A DNA stretch of 57,939 bases, the filler included, from Sphacelaria rigidula (Eukaryota): assembly GCA_964200075.2 (NCBI GenBank). It is 7 parts of 7 records of this genome, joined end to end, with 100 filler letters (N's around TTAATTAATTAA, not from the genome) between each part and the next. Parts side by side here need not be neighbours in the genome. Positions count along the whole stretch, not along the records: positions 24,876 to 33,066 come from CAXNAA020011970.1; positions 33,167 to 41,357 come from CAXNAA020011971.1; 5 more parts are not named here. The stretch is one strand, 5' to 3'. Both the position numbers and the translations under genes were made by a program. The notes beneath the pieces were generated by a model, which ran no database searches, was not told the DNA's origin, and saw nothing but the letters and a program-made list of their open reading frames with translations. This document shows positions 25,240 through 37,350 of the stretch, one piece after another; within the stretch, counting starts at the first letter, position 1; every line of letters begins with the position of its first letter.

Positions 25240-25284
25240 GTGAGGCGTCTGTAAGCCATACGCAGCTGAAATGTACAAGGTCTG

Positions 25285-25660
25285 TAGGGTACGGGTATGT
25301 TCTGTAGGGTATGAGATTCCTTACAGAACTTAAATAAAAGTCGGGTACCGGTGTGAAAGTCTTACAGAAAGTACAAAACTGTCGGGTACCGGTTTGAAAG
25401 TCTTGCAGAAATTACAGAACTTGTCGGGTACGGTATGGGAGGCTTACATAAAAACCGTCCCGGCAATCGGGTACTTCTTCAAGAGCATACCCGCGCTCCG
25501 GGCATGGGTTAACGTTCTGTACCGAACTCACACAACTGTCGGGTAAGGGTAAGGTTATGAAAGTCTTGCAGAAATCACAAAACTGTCGGGTACGGTGAAT
25601 ACCCGGGAAAATACCCCGGGTATACAGAAAACCGTACCCTACAGAACACAACCCTGGAAA
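25285..25660. repeat. Internally repetitive element (gtcgggtac..gaaagtctt.cagaa units)
   Basis: At least five copies of a ~40-nt gtcgggtacc/gaaagtcttacagaa module. Confidence 0.75.
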
Positions 25661-25847
25661 TGTACGTTCGGGGCCTATACCGCCCCCAAATATATAAACG
25701 AAAAATCTGACCATGAACCATCGGCTAATAGTACTCGTGCACTTTGTCAACAAGTTGTATTTGATAGTTGTATTTGATACCTATTCATGAATCCGTGGAG
25801 ATAAAACTATGAAGCATAATCCAGCTATCAATCGGCAATCCGAAATG

Positions 25848-25926
25848 TATGCATGCATGCATGTATGTATGTATGTATGTATGTATGTATGTATGTATGT
25901 ATGTATGTATGTATGTATGTATGTAC
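25848..25926. repeat. (ATGT)n microsatellite
   Basis: Read directly from the sequence. Confidence 0.95.
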
Positions 25927-26084
25927 ATTCCGAAGAATGTTCTCTACGGTTTGGATGAATCAGAGGTCGTACAGGTTGACTCCCCATGAGTGTTGAGTGT
26001 GAATCATGTGCCATAGATTCGCCCGGTATGGATCACGGATGGTGAAATACCGCATGAATCATGACCTGGGAATCTGTACACTCA

Positions 26085-26444
26085 AAGTAGTGTCACACGC
26101 ATGAAGGGTGCAACATATGCACTAATAACAGCTCCTGGACGAATTACTGGTGGGAAACATGTACTTTCGATTGATGTTACATGAATCACAAACGGAGAAC
26201 ATACACGTATGATTCATGCTGGATGAGTGGAAATTGGGAAACATGTACGCTTGATTCACGCCGTATGAATGGAAGGTGAGGAATATGTACCTATGATTCA
26301 TGCTGCATGAATGGAGAGGGAGAGACGTGCACCTGCGGTTCATGCCGTATTTGTGGAAGGTGGGGAACATGTTCCTGTGATCCATGCCACATGTATGTAA
26401 ACGGAGAAAAATGCACCGATCATTCATGCCGTATGAACGGAAGG
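26085..26444 (+). repeat. 42-nt tandem repeat (~8.5 ungapped units) encoding a decayed Cys-rich 14-aa repeat
   Basis: Units start at 26085, 26127, 26169, 26211, 26253, 26295, 26337, 26379 and 26421; consensus peptide DSCxMNGxW/GxTCTx. Confidence 0.85.
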
Positions 26445-26867
26445 TTTAGTACTACTGTTGTCTGCTGTCAGCTGCGCAGACTGTACAGAGCTATGTTGTG
26501 CTGTATTGTACCGTGCTGCCTGCAAACTGCAGTGTGCGCTAACAGCGTTTTTTCTGAAACTCACGTGAACATACGACGAGTACTCTTGCAGTACTGGTAC
26601 TGTCTGAAGCGGTCTTCGTACTGTTCCATATGTCCAGCCCAACTGCACCGCAGAGGAGAACATGAAACCACAGAGAGGGCGTCAATAGCTTAGCTCAGGA
26701 AAGTAAGCAGCTAAAACAATCGCCCTGGGTACGCAGACGCGTGTTGTGCTGTGCTATACCGTGCCGTACCGTACTATCTGTGGACTGCAGTGTACGCTGC
26801 CGGAGTTTCCCGGAAACTTCCGCGAACATCCGGGGACGACTAGTCCTGTCGTCGCAAGTCTTCGTAG

Positions 26868-26964
26868 TTGCTGTATACCGTATATTATGGAGAAGAAAAT
26901 GCCTGCGTTGAAGCAGGGGGTCTGGGCTTGCCACGACGCTTATTTGCATGCTGCTACGCACAAG
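26868..26964 (+). CDS. BRCT-PDZ protein, exon b
   Basis: cgtag| ... |gtgcgt, 97 nt; CCIPYIMEKKMPALKQGVWACHDAYLHAATHK has the BRCT K..A...G.W.....YL.A pattern. Confidence 0.7.
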
Positions 26965-27448
26965 GTGCGTGCCAAAATTCGTGGTGCATAACCACGCCAA
27001 GCATCACATGGTCACACGGACACTTCGAGATCACAATGAGCAGTGATCGCTGTCGAGGTGATCGTGCTGACAGTTCGCCTCTTGTAGACACAGCTTAGAG
27101 AGATGCTTGACACAAAAAATTAGAGACAGAAACCACATTCCGCCTGCTGAACCGTAGACCTCGAATGCTCTACTCTTATGTCCCGAAATTAAAAGTCGAG
27201 GAGATCCGTTAAGCGCCCACCCGACCAACTTTTGGGCGGCTATGCCTACGCAATAGCCATCATCCTCCGAGGGAGGTCGACTTTTTCCAAGAAGTGGCCC
27301 CGGGCGCCCAAGGCATCAACGACTGCCCTGGCTGTATACCCTATGTACGTCGAAAGTAGTCACTCATGTCTTTTTTATCAATTTTCTTCCGTCTCGTGTG
27401 TTTGTGCTTTATATTGTTTTCGTCCATTATTTGTCGTTGTTGTTGCAG

Positions 27449-27544
27449 GGCGTGTGGATCCCAAGATCCGAAGATGCCTACACGGCGAAGGATCAGTTGT
27501 CCGTCACCAACGCCATCCAGCATGACGCCAGCCTTGTGTACGAG
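27449..27544 (+). CDS. BRCT-PDZ protein, exon c
   Basis: tgcag| ... |gtgcgc, 96 nt, phase 0/0; GVWIPRSEDAYTAKDQLSVTNAIQHDASLVYE. Confidence 0.75.
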
Positions 27545-27849
27545 GTGCGCGATCTTGTATCAGTGTCGTCGGGAGAAAGTATACGTACGCCATCCACCCT
27601 TCCACGATATGTATATATCTAGAGAGAGAGAGCGAGAGTATATATGCGTGTGGATATGTGGATACTATTACATAGGCAGGAAAAGTTCCCACAAGTACAT
27701 GTCGGGGACTGATGAACTCTTCACATTGGCACCAAAATACAGCTTTGCGTGCTTCTTGAACAGGAGGTCCCGGGTTCGAATCCTGGTCCCGATTAACCCG
27801 ACAAAAAGAAAGTAAAACCCAAGGTAAGCAGGCAAGAAAAAAGTCGTAT

Positions 27850-28370
27850 AAGGCGGTGGGGGACGAAATAGCTCTTGGGTGATCAGGAAGAAGCGACGGC
27901 AAATTCTTGGGAAAAGCCTTCTGCGGAGTTTGTTGGCTCGGCAACCCAGTACACGGCAGAGACACGCCAAGAAAGATGCAAACATGTCTCAGCATTGCAC
28001 GGCGGAAAATGTCACCTGTATTCATCCCTTTCCGACGCAGAACGCATGAAGAGGCTTACGAAAGGGGGAGGTGATGTGGGTGAAACTACTTGAAATGTCA
28101 ATCCCACGAGTACCTCTTGGGGATTCATCACCGTCTAACACACCGCTCTGTCCGAATTCATAGGGGCCGTTTGGGTCTAGATGTGCATATCTCGACGTGT
28201 ACCAAACTTGGTTCCGATGCGGATTTCTGCTCTGTGTACGTGACGAGTTAGCGCCGCTGAAACGCACAGAAAAGGCCCTCTTCAGTACCATGAAGACCTC
28301 ACTCTTGTCGACCCCAATATCAGCATTTGATGCCAATCGCAGAAGCGGTCCTCATGTTTTGGGATATCCC
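27850..28370 (+). mobile_element. Decayed copia integrase fragment in an intron
   Basis: Frameshifted RLTKGGG / LGIHHRLT / SEFIGAV / AEAV match the integrase order LR.D.GGE..GI.H..T.P..PE.NG..ER..WAEA. Confidence 0.35.
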
Positions 28371-29251
28371 CATGATCCCTAATATTTTCGGACAAAGTGC
28401 TCTATATACATATATACATATATATATATGTCAAAACACATTTGAACGTGCATATCGAAAACGGATGTCGCAACATGCACAAACGATCGAGATGCTCCGG
28501 TGTCACGGCGAAAACCGTTCCGAGAGCGAGGTCGGACGGACGAGCTCGAAAGGGCCCGCCTCACCGCTTGTCGTATTTCGTGACCCTAGACACCAACCCA
28601 TGTTACCTACAACTACACGGTGCTATGAGGCCGGCGACGCAGGTTGGCACAAGTCTTCTTTACTTCTTGCGTAAGTAAGTTGAGGAAATATATGTCACAC
28701 TCGGTCAATCCTCCGCATCAGAAGAAGCACAACGGTCATCGGTACGAAGAGGAGGCACCCCTTCCCTGGCAGCTTCCATAGTTCCACCGTGGAATACACA
28801 CTGTAGGAAGTTTGCATGTTTCACTAGATGAAAGGATAGCGGCCTCGGAAAGCACCCCGTTTCAAAATGCTGCGCTGTATGCGGTGGCATTGAGCGCTGA
28901 CTGAGGAACAAAGCGGGGCCGTCAACATCCAAGAAACTCCGTGCTGCACAGCAGCGGACGACTGTTGTCAAAGAGAGTCGGTGTTGTATTCTATATTTGG
29001 GGAAAAAAAGAAACAAGTGGGGCTGCCTTGTGGCATGAAGGAACTTGGGCTACAATGGTATAGGAATATGTGCATACTGACGCTCCGGCCGACAGTTTTG
29101 CGTGTGATTTATGATCCGATCAATCGTAGGTTCGACGACCGTTTCTTGTTTCTGGAAATGAAGGAAACGAGATTGCGGCGGGAGATTGTAATATTCGAAG
29201 CCAGCTAGTGTTTCACCCCACTTGAAATACACCAAAAACAAGTGGCACTGC

Positions 29252-29465
29252 TTTTTTTTTTTTTGTCGCACTTTGAACCCCTCCCCTCTTCATGCTCCGT
29301 CTCGAAAGGGATGCGTGGTCAATGGTCAAACNNNNNNNNNGGGGTTTACTGGTCTCAAGGGATCAACCCATCTCTCCCGGGTACACGCCTTGCATTTTGG
29401 TCTCGCGGATTGGATAATGACTATCAGCACTCCCGCACCGCGTCAACTCACGTCAAGCAAACTCA
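29252..29465 (-). mobile_element. SINE family B 3' part, interrupted by a LINE 3'-tail fragment (29293-29331) and a gap
   Basis: Poly-T + gtcgcactttgaacccctcccct ... cagcactcccgcaccgcgtcaactcacgtca is the reverse complement of 18335-18480. Confidence 0.75.
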
Positions 29466-29849
29466 GTCGGAAACTGCCGGTAAGATCTTTCGGTTGTGCT
29501 CACGTCCAGCGTCGGGCTTGTCGTATATCGCTGGTTGTGGCCTATTGACTGATTTGTGCAGATCCCGCAGAGGTACCTCACCTAGACACACAGCAAACCC
29601 AAAGATACAGCGACAATGTGGCAGCTTCAACTGCCAAGTCATGCTGTTTTTCCCATCAGAAGCTCACTGGTCAGTGTTTCTCAGTATTCTTATCTCGACG
29701 TTCCCGTCGCTTCCACCCGTACGTAGCTCATCAACCGTTCGTAGACCCCAGTTTCGTTTAGCAGGTTCTAAAAATTGACCGGTCGTGTCTCAGTTATCAT
29801 CATTTTTCATCGAATATTTGTATTTTCTATCTTCTTTACTCTTTTGCAG

Positions 29850-29984
29850 GTCAGGTTTCCGCACGCAGGACCTTTAGGACTGAACCTGCGCACTTATTTT
29901 GCCGTGCCCGCTGCTGGAGCGAGAGCCGGTGCGCCGCAGTACGGCTGCTTGGAAGTGCTCGAGGCACAGAATCGCTACCTCCAG
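29850..29984 (+). CDS. BRCT-PDZ protein, exon d (PDZ N-terminal half)
   Basis: Polypyrimidine tract + tgcag| ... |gtgcag, 135 nt; VRFPHAGPLGLNL carries a GLGF-like loop. Confidence 0.8.
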
Positions 29985-30399
29985 GTGCAGTGCTTAGCGT
30001 ACTGCTCATTATGTTGGAATGATCCACTTGATCGTGATCTGGTCTCCATCTTTCCGTGGATACAATCGGCTACCTATTGCTTAACCTTAACGCTCGATTT
30101 CGTTACGGCAGAAAGAAGATGCCATGTATACACTGGAAAAGAGGAGTAACTATCTTGACAGTGTCTATGTTCTTCGAACAACAAAGGCAAGGTGCAGTAG
30201 CATGCAGTGTCGGTTCATTTTTTCGTTTCGGTACCATGCTTACGGTCCAAAACCTGCGCGAAGTGAAAATAAAGTTTTTGCTTGATGCACGGGCTCGTTT
30301 CCTCCTTCAAGCGCAGAGTGCTAGAATCTCTTTTTCGAGAAGATAATCGTGGACTCTTGAAAAAACGACGATAAATGATCCTCAGAAGACCGCCTGTAG

Positions 30400-30930
30400 G
30401 GATTCCATAGACAACGGTAATTGAGGCGCAAAATGGCAGCCTAATTCACAGGTGCAGTACTCGCATGCGCTCTGCTTTGCCAGGGGTCGCGTTTTTCCCA
30501 CTTTCAAACTCGTCTTGTGTGACAATCGCTTCTCATCAAACCCGCCTGATACGCCCACTTCCAAGCGCAGGGCACGTCCGCCTTGAAGAGTCATTGTTTA
30601 CTCCTGGCCTGGGTATCACCGTTTTTCTTAACAGGCCGGTGGGATCCTCAGCTCGCAGCTCGTCACCTCACATTCCGTCTCGCTATGTCTTCTAACATGA
30701 CCAGTTCAGCCCCAATCCAGGAGACGAATCAGTCGTCTCGTGAACGCCCAGAGTGATGAGCTATTGCCATTTGCACGCGCACTCGTGGGTACGGTGAGAG
30801 TGTCTCTTCTACCCCAGGGACGCTCCTATGTATTCCCGCGCACAAAGCAAACAGCTTGGTCATGATTCTGACTGTCGAGTTCCGTGTAAAAAGTAAAGCC
30901 GTTGTCTATTTGAAGCCAGAAGACCACCTC
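30400..30930 (-). mobile_element. Decayed copia protease / pre-integrase / integrase fragment in an intron
   Basis: WLQIDNGFTFYT (protease W..DSG-like), then ECEVTSCE..RPVKK..QAR..LFKADV..EV.VSGG..DEF..W..RPLAKQS across frames. Confidence 0.45.
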
Positions 30931-31648
30931 TTGTCTGCTGTAGGGACGGTACCCTCTGCGGGTGCGTGCAAGTTTTCGAAGGGGAGCATCGGGCACCCGG
31001 ACATGTTGGTGAGGTTTTCGTCATTCTGTCGCCAACAGCTCCCCTTTCTTGGCACGAGTCCGTGATGTCAAGGGGTGATCACACTCCTTCCTCGGTACTT
31101 ACCTTGAACCTTCTCATCGAGCATTGGGTCATGACTAGTAGCGCTCCCGTAGCCCTACGACTTTCATGTCATTGTATTGTTCTCCCGACAAGTGTAATTC
31201 TCGTGCGTTCGGACGAAGGACTCCACAGAAAATCGACTACGAAACTTTCGGGTGTCCAGCCGACGAGAGTCGCCTACACTGCTGTTGGTGTAGTTATTTC
31301 ACTCCTGGGATGCACTTTTGGGAAGTCGTTTACTCTCAACTCTACCGCGCCATCTGGAATTGTTTTCCATTTCTGGTATCCCTCGTGCCCATTGTTTGAA
31401 TGTTGAGCGTCCGTCTGAATTGCTCACATGATTCCGTTCTCTTGCCTGCCGATGAGATCCCCAAAATGCTGAGCACGGTTCAGTTCGGAGTTGCGACGAC
31501 AGCGGCCGCGCTAGCGGCTGACCGTTTGGCCCCAAAGTTATTCGTATGGACTAAATATGGTTTTGACAAGCTTCGTCTTCGGTGCATATTGTAGATCAAA
31601 GAGCGATGTCGATATTTCGCAAGTTGTCCACGGGACGACCGCTGCGCG

Positions 31649-31734
31649 CTCGATAATTTCGTTGTATTGGGGGTGGACGTCGTCTTCAACGGAGCACGGC
31701 CGCCGTGGAACCTTTTAATTATGTCACTCACGTG

Positions 31735-31786
<52 letters not shown>

Positions 31787-31908
31787 GATGATGACGATGA
31801 TGGTGATGATGATGATGATGATCTCGATAATTTCGTTGTATTGGGGGTGGACGTCGTCTTAACCAGAGCATGGCCGCCGTGGAACCTTTTAATTACGTCA
31901 CCCACGTG

Positions 31909-31969
<61 letters not shown>

Positions 31970-32018
31970 GATGATGATGACGATGATGATGGTGATGATG
32001 GTGATGATGATGATGATT
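31649..32018. repeat. Tandem duplication of an ~85-nt unique segment plus compound (GTT)n(GAT)n microsatellite
   Basis: ctcgataatttcgttgtattgggggtggacgtcgtctt occurs at 31649 and 31823, each followed by (gtt)n(gat)n. Confidence 0.9.
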
Positions 32019-32040
32019 TGACTTCTGTCCGATGTTACAG

Positions 32041-32153
32041 GTGGTTGTGGAGTCCGGTGATTTCCTACTGGCCGTCAACGGCCAGAAGCTGAGCGGAACA
32101 AAATTCGTGTTCGAAGATGCCATAGGAGAGTGCAGCAGAGCTCCAGCGCCAAG
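32041..32153 (+). CDS. BRCT-PDZ protein, exon e (PDZ C-terminal half); gene incomplete at both ends
   Basis: tacag| ... |gtcaga, 113 nt; VVVESGDFLLAVNGQKLSGTKFVFEDAIGECSRAPAP has the PDZ GD.L..VNG signature. Confidence 0.8.
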
Positions 32154-32919
32154 GTCAGAGTTCATTTGCTTGCTTGCTAGATTGATTGATTGGTTGATTG
32201 TCGCACTTCCACAAGTACTCCCCGAGGAACGCAGGCGTGACAACAAGATGGACGTGTCCATTGTGAAGAAAACGGAAGCTCTCACTGAAGGAAGTCAAAA
32301 GCGGAAAAAACAGAGGAAAATAAACACTCGGAGCACAAAGATGAAGAGAAGGAACAAGAAGGAAGGGAAAGGAAAGGAACGAAGAAGAGCCAAAAAAGAC
32401 ACACACATATATATATATATATATAAGAAAAAACGGAATGAAACCAGAAATGGCCGACCTCTGCAGCGTGGGAGCAGGAGAAGAAGATCTTGCCCAAAGA
32501 CGCACATGCACCTATACGAAAAGCGAAACAAAAGGCCAGGGGAGCAGATTGACTTAGGTAGTTCGGTCATACGAAGTACTATTTTGGTATGTACTCCCAC
32601 CCACGATCCCTACGAAAGCAAGGCGCCAAAGTGCTACTGTCCTTCACTGAGAGGAAAGGAAGGAAAAGCGAGAAAAAGACAGAGGCGAAGGCAGAGGCAG
32701 AGATAGGGATAGAGACAAACAGAGGGAGATGGCGAGAGTTCAAGGGAACAGAGAAAAGGAAAACTACGAGAACGATGAAACTCAAGGACACAGTAGACCA
32801 TGTACAGGAGCACAGTCAGGGACCAGCGCCGGACCACAGGCCACGGAAAAAGTCAACGACCGATAAGAGAGGACAGGGCCACGTCACTTTCCGTGTGGAG
32901 CCCGCTCTCCCCACTCAGA

Positions 32920-33066
32920 ACACCCATGAGGCAGTGTATAAGCCGTGGCTGTTTCTGGAAGTGGCGATACCAGAAAATAAAGCAATTCATTGTAGGCTGT
33001 CATCCAAGTGCAAGATGATCAGGAAGCTTCGGGCCGAACAATCTTAGCAGGGTGCAGCTCACCCTC
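32920..33066 (+). mobile_element. ~465-nt structured repeat, partial copy at scaffold end
   Basis: acacccatgaggcagtgtataagccgtggctg...cttcgggccgaacaatcttagcag..tgcagctcaccct. Confidence 0.85.
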
Positions 33067-33166
33067 NNNNNNNNNNNNNNNNNNNNNNNNNNNNNNNNNN
33101 NNNNNNNNNNTTAATTAATTAANNNNNNNNNNNNNNNNNNNNNNNNNNNNNNNNNNNNNNNNNNNN
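33067..33166. other. Artificial scaffold-concatenation spacer
   Basis: Same 100-nt layout. Confidence 0.97.
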
Positions 33167-35928
33167 AACTCAAACGATTCATTCACTGATTGACCGCTTT
33201 TCACTCTCAATCGTACCATCTACTCTCATTATCACGAAAACAGAAGGTGTTTTTGACCGTTTTTGGCCCAATACGAGCAGTTTTCCCGCTCTTCATCGAC
33301 AGAACGGTAAATATTCAGATGAATTACTTCGTTCAAAATTCTTCACATCAATGATCGAACTCGTGTTTCCCTCCTATACTGCACAGACCTCAGTCTAGCA
33401 TTTTTTGCGGATGGCCTATTTTCGGGGGGTTTCCGCATTACATCTTCCATTAGCACTCGAAAGTGCTAGCGTCGATAGTTTTGACAAAGTAAACACACCG
33501 CGCTCAAATCACAATCGCCCAAGTTGGATATTGTGGGGGCGATACCGGGTAAAGACCCCGTTCACCAGGAGGGTGTTATTGACCGTAAATGGTCCAAGAA
33601 ACATAGTTTTCCTGCTTTCGCGCAGTGACTAGACAAATGTAAAAAAAAAAAAACTCTCCAAGTCTTCACTTATTTGATTCGGATCGAGTCGGTCCACCGA
33701 AACCACAGAAAAGCTGAAGCCTGGGGTCGTATTTTCGCAGAACCCCCGAAGATCGGTCAGGCCAGTAGGTCACTCATAATTGATCGCAGATGATTTCCCT
33801 TTCAATATTTGTCGAATGGGTTCAAATACCTCCGGATGCGCATTTTTTGGCATCCAACAGTCACTGTGATGTGCGGTGGCAGGCAAAACAAATTTGGACA
33901 ATCTTCGAGAAAATAAGAAATCACGGATTCAGCATACTCCTGACGCTGAATACTGTAAGCTCTCGAACAACGACCGTCGTGGGTCAACCCTTAGACCGCG
34001 AGGTTAGTCTTTTGTTGAGTCGGCATCAGTTTCAAGTGTAGAGAAGTACGCATGACCCAGAAAGATTGATCTCGCGGTCAAAGGATTAATGGTGAACAAC
34101 GGGACGCGACCGCTGAACCCCCTTCACGTTCAACAAGAAGGCGAGAATCGCACAGGGTGAATAAAAACACATGAAAAAAGACCGTTTTGGCCTTCCAACC
34201 GTGACCCTGGCTGGTGCTCCCACGTGTACCGAAGATGTAGACCGCGGCGTCAAAAAACAGAACAAACATGATACTGTGCAGGTATTCACGAGACAATTCT
34301 TCTCTTGGATCGGTTCTCGGGATTGAAGTGCGTTGGGTAAAGGTGTACGGTTAGCTGTGCGAAATGTCATCAATTCTCCAATCATCTCGGTTCCAACTTT
34401 TTTCTACAGCACACTAACGTACACATCGGGAGACCCCCGCATCTCCCCCCCTCGTGCGTCAAGATCAAGAGATGCCGGAGTGTGCCGATCGGAGAAGACG
34501 GGTGACGCACCGAGAGTCACCGCTCGGAGAACAGGAGAGGTCATCATTTCTTACAACAGCCACTAGTGGCCGAAGAGCTCAGCACACGAACTGGGGTCCG
34601 AAACAACGATCCAACGGGAAAAATCTCTCGTGGACTTGCCAAAATTTTCAATATGTCCGAATAAGGGTTGGAGTTCGTGGTCTCATGAAAGTTGGTCCGA
34701 GTCCATATGTTCGCGTCGGGCAAAACTCCTCTCCTGTCGTTCCCTGACTGTGTTCACCCGTCATGTGTCGCCTGTGTGAACAGGGATCAACGAAACTCGC
34801 TCCACATTTCTTCGGTTGTTATCGGTCTGCGTAGCTTTCGACCATGCCATGGTACAACTTTGATCAAGAAAAGATACTGTAATGTTCTCATGTATTAGCG
34901 TGACATTGCACTACTTAAATCTTAGGTTGCATGCCTTGCTCAAGTCGTGAATTCTTCAGATCCGAATGTCAAGAAATTTTAGCATCACCGACAAGGTCGA
35001 TTTTGGATTTTCTTGCTGGGGAGGTCTTCAAAATTCAGTGGATGGAAACCTAAACGATATTTCCCCGTATTTCATTCATGTGCAAAAAATTCGTCTCGAA
35101 CGGGTGAATATCACGTCACATGACGACCGAGGATACTAACCCATCAGATTTCGGGAGTTTTGCGGTCCACCACTCGACTCTATTCCATCACATCGTCGGG
35201 TCTAGCCATGATTATTTTCTCATGCTTATCGAAGATATCACGATGTGATGGGGGAACAAATATGGTATAAACAGATACGACAGGGCAGGGCGCTTCGCAG
35301 TGTTCGCGAGTCGCGTTGCACCGGCACACGCAGCGTCAAGACGTGGGATGCGCAGTCATCATAGACCAAACGTGCAGACGGTGCAGTTTCACACCTCACA
35401 TATGCTTTTCGTGCGTGTCTTCTGCACTTGGCACCGTGTTCCAACATTACTGAAAAACACACACCTCAACAAGGGAGATCGGGCGGTTTTCGTACATCAG
35501 CACGTGCACCACGTCCTTGAACGGAGCGTTTGCAAGACCTCGAGCCGGGTCGAACATTGTTTCAACATTTATTCAGTCCTCGTTTTCAATTGAAAAAGGG
35601 TGGATCCCACGCAAGAGAACCCCCTCGTCTGGCGTCGATCGCTCTCGTGCCGATGGGCGACAAGAGCAAGCTGGTTAGCTCCCAAACAAATCCCACAAAC
35701 GCGTCTACTGTCAAAGACAAGCCAGAAGATTCCTCCTCGAATCCTACATGGGGAAAGCATTTTCCCAAGATTCGGAGAGGATTCCAACCTCCGTCCATGC
35801 AGCAGCCACACGCCGCACAATATGAGTGGTAGGTATAACCTATCGGTGGCTGTGGCCCTTTCGCGCACACCGGATGGAACCGGTGTCTATACGAATGGGA
35901 AAGACAGCATCTGCGCGGCGGCAGGGGC

Positions 35929-35979
35929 TTAGAAGTAGATCTGGTGCACGGGGCCCATGGTGCTCTTCACGTACATCAC
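35929..35979 (-). CDS. RPL10A: 60S ribosomal protein uL1/L10a, last exon
   Basis: ggtag| VMYVKSTMGPVHQIYF* (TAA); conserved KSTMG motif. Confidence 0.95.
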   Translation of the reverse strand: MMYVKSTMGPVHQIYF

Positions 35980-36580
35980 CTACCACACCAAATACAAGTT
36001 GGCAAGCGATAGGGAGGAGGTGCAAGAAGAGACCGTACTGTGAGACAATTTCCGGTCCAAGTGAAACCAACACTTGCGTCAATCGACTCCGAGGAGTAAG
36101 GTACGTAATTCGAGAGATGAAGGGATGGATATGGCACCATCGTCCTCGGCGAGATGCGAGGAGGATAAACGTGGGTATGGAGTGCTCGAAAAACTACCCG
36201 AATATACCACACAAACAAAAAACGAAACAACTCATACGCCGTTCTTCTTGAAAATCGATCGAGTAAACGCGGGAAAAGGACAAGGCAGTACGCCATGTTC
36301 ACGCCCGTAGCGCCCGTCCTTGAATGCAACAAATGATGGCTTTACAAGTACAAGGAGGAACACCTCCAACCGTCACCGCTCACAGCGTCAAAACGTACTA
36401 TAATCGGATATCATGCGGCTCTCAATCGTTGCTTGCCGTAGTCGTTTGACCACCGATCACGCAGACCTTTGGAGACTGTGCCGTGCGTACTCGTGATTGA
36501 AGGCAGGCAGCGGATGTGACGGAATGAGTACATCAATAACGACATAAATCCTATACAAAATGTGTAACGAATACACTCAC

Positions 36581-36703
36581 CTTGATGTTTTGCCAGTTCT
36601 TCTTAAGGAGCGACGCGAGGAAGTTGGCCGCGAGCTGCACGTTGAGCTCGATCTCGTTCTGGGGCTGCTCCACGTTAGCCACAGCCACGGAAAGACACAT
36701 CAC
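36581..36703 (-). CDS. RPL10A: 60S ribosomal protein uL1/L10a exon
   Basis: gatag| VMCLSVAVANVEQPQNEIELNVQLAANFLASLLKKNWQNIK |gtgagt. Confidence 0.97.
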
Positions 36704-36718
36704 CTATCGACGGGGTCG

Positions 36719-36988
36719 GCGTGCATCGAGTGACGATTAAACAGCCCACGACGAGGCACGTCAGGTATCGGACCCAATTTTGATCGTTGGACATACGCGC
36801 CCGAGACTAGCGCCACACTCTCGACATGATACGCCGCGAATACGACAATTGATGCGTGCATCGAGTGACGATTAAACAGCCCACGACGAGGCACGTCAGG
36901 TATCGGACCCAATTTTGATCGCTGGACATACGCGCCCGAGACTAGCGCCACACTCTCGACATGATACGCCGCGAATACGACAATTGAT
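36719..36988. repeat. Recent 135-nt tandem duplication inside an RPL10A intron
   Basis: gcgtgcatcgagtgacg...acaattgat at 36719 and 36854; near-identical (one substitution seen). Confidence 0.95.
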
Positions 36989-37224
36989 GGCTGTCAGGTC
37001 ATTTTCGTGGGAAATGGTGTTCTCGGTACGAAAAAGACAGCAACCCCTCCACATTTCACGCCGTGCGCAAAAACTCTTTCCGAGAAAGCAGACAACGTGC
37101 GACGTGGTGAAAAGCGACGTTCGCCCAAGTAAAATCTGCAAACCACACCAATCATCGAAGAAGCTACACCAAGGACCGATATCCGCGGAAATGAGTCATG
37201 ACGTTGCGAAGAAGATGCTCGCAC

Positions 37225-37350
37225 CTTCTTCATCTGGAATTTGATGGTGGCACGGACGGTGTCCACCTTGCTCTGCAGGTTATCTCCCGCGTTCACCAGA
37301 GTAGGGAACTTACCAGCCTTGGTCAGACCGGGACCCAGCAGACGCGGGAT
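37225..37350 (-). CDS. RPL10A: 60S ribosomal protein uL1/L10a exon
   Basis: cacag| [42 protein letters not shown] |gtgcga. Confidence 0.97.

Noticed and set aside
31480-32285. Poly-Q/T/V/H ORFs in the ORF track
   Set aside because: These are translations of intronic (GTT)n(GAT)n microsatellites.
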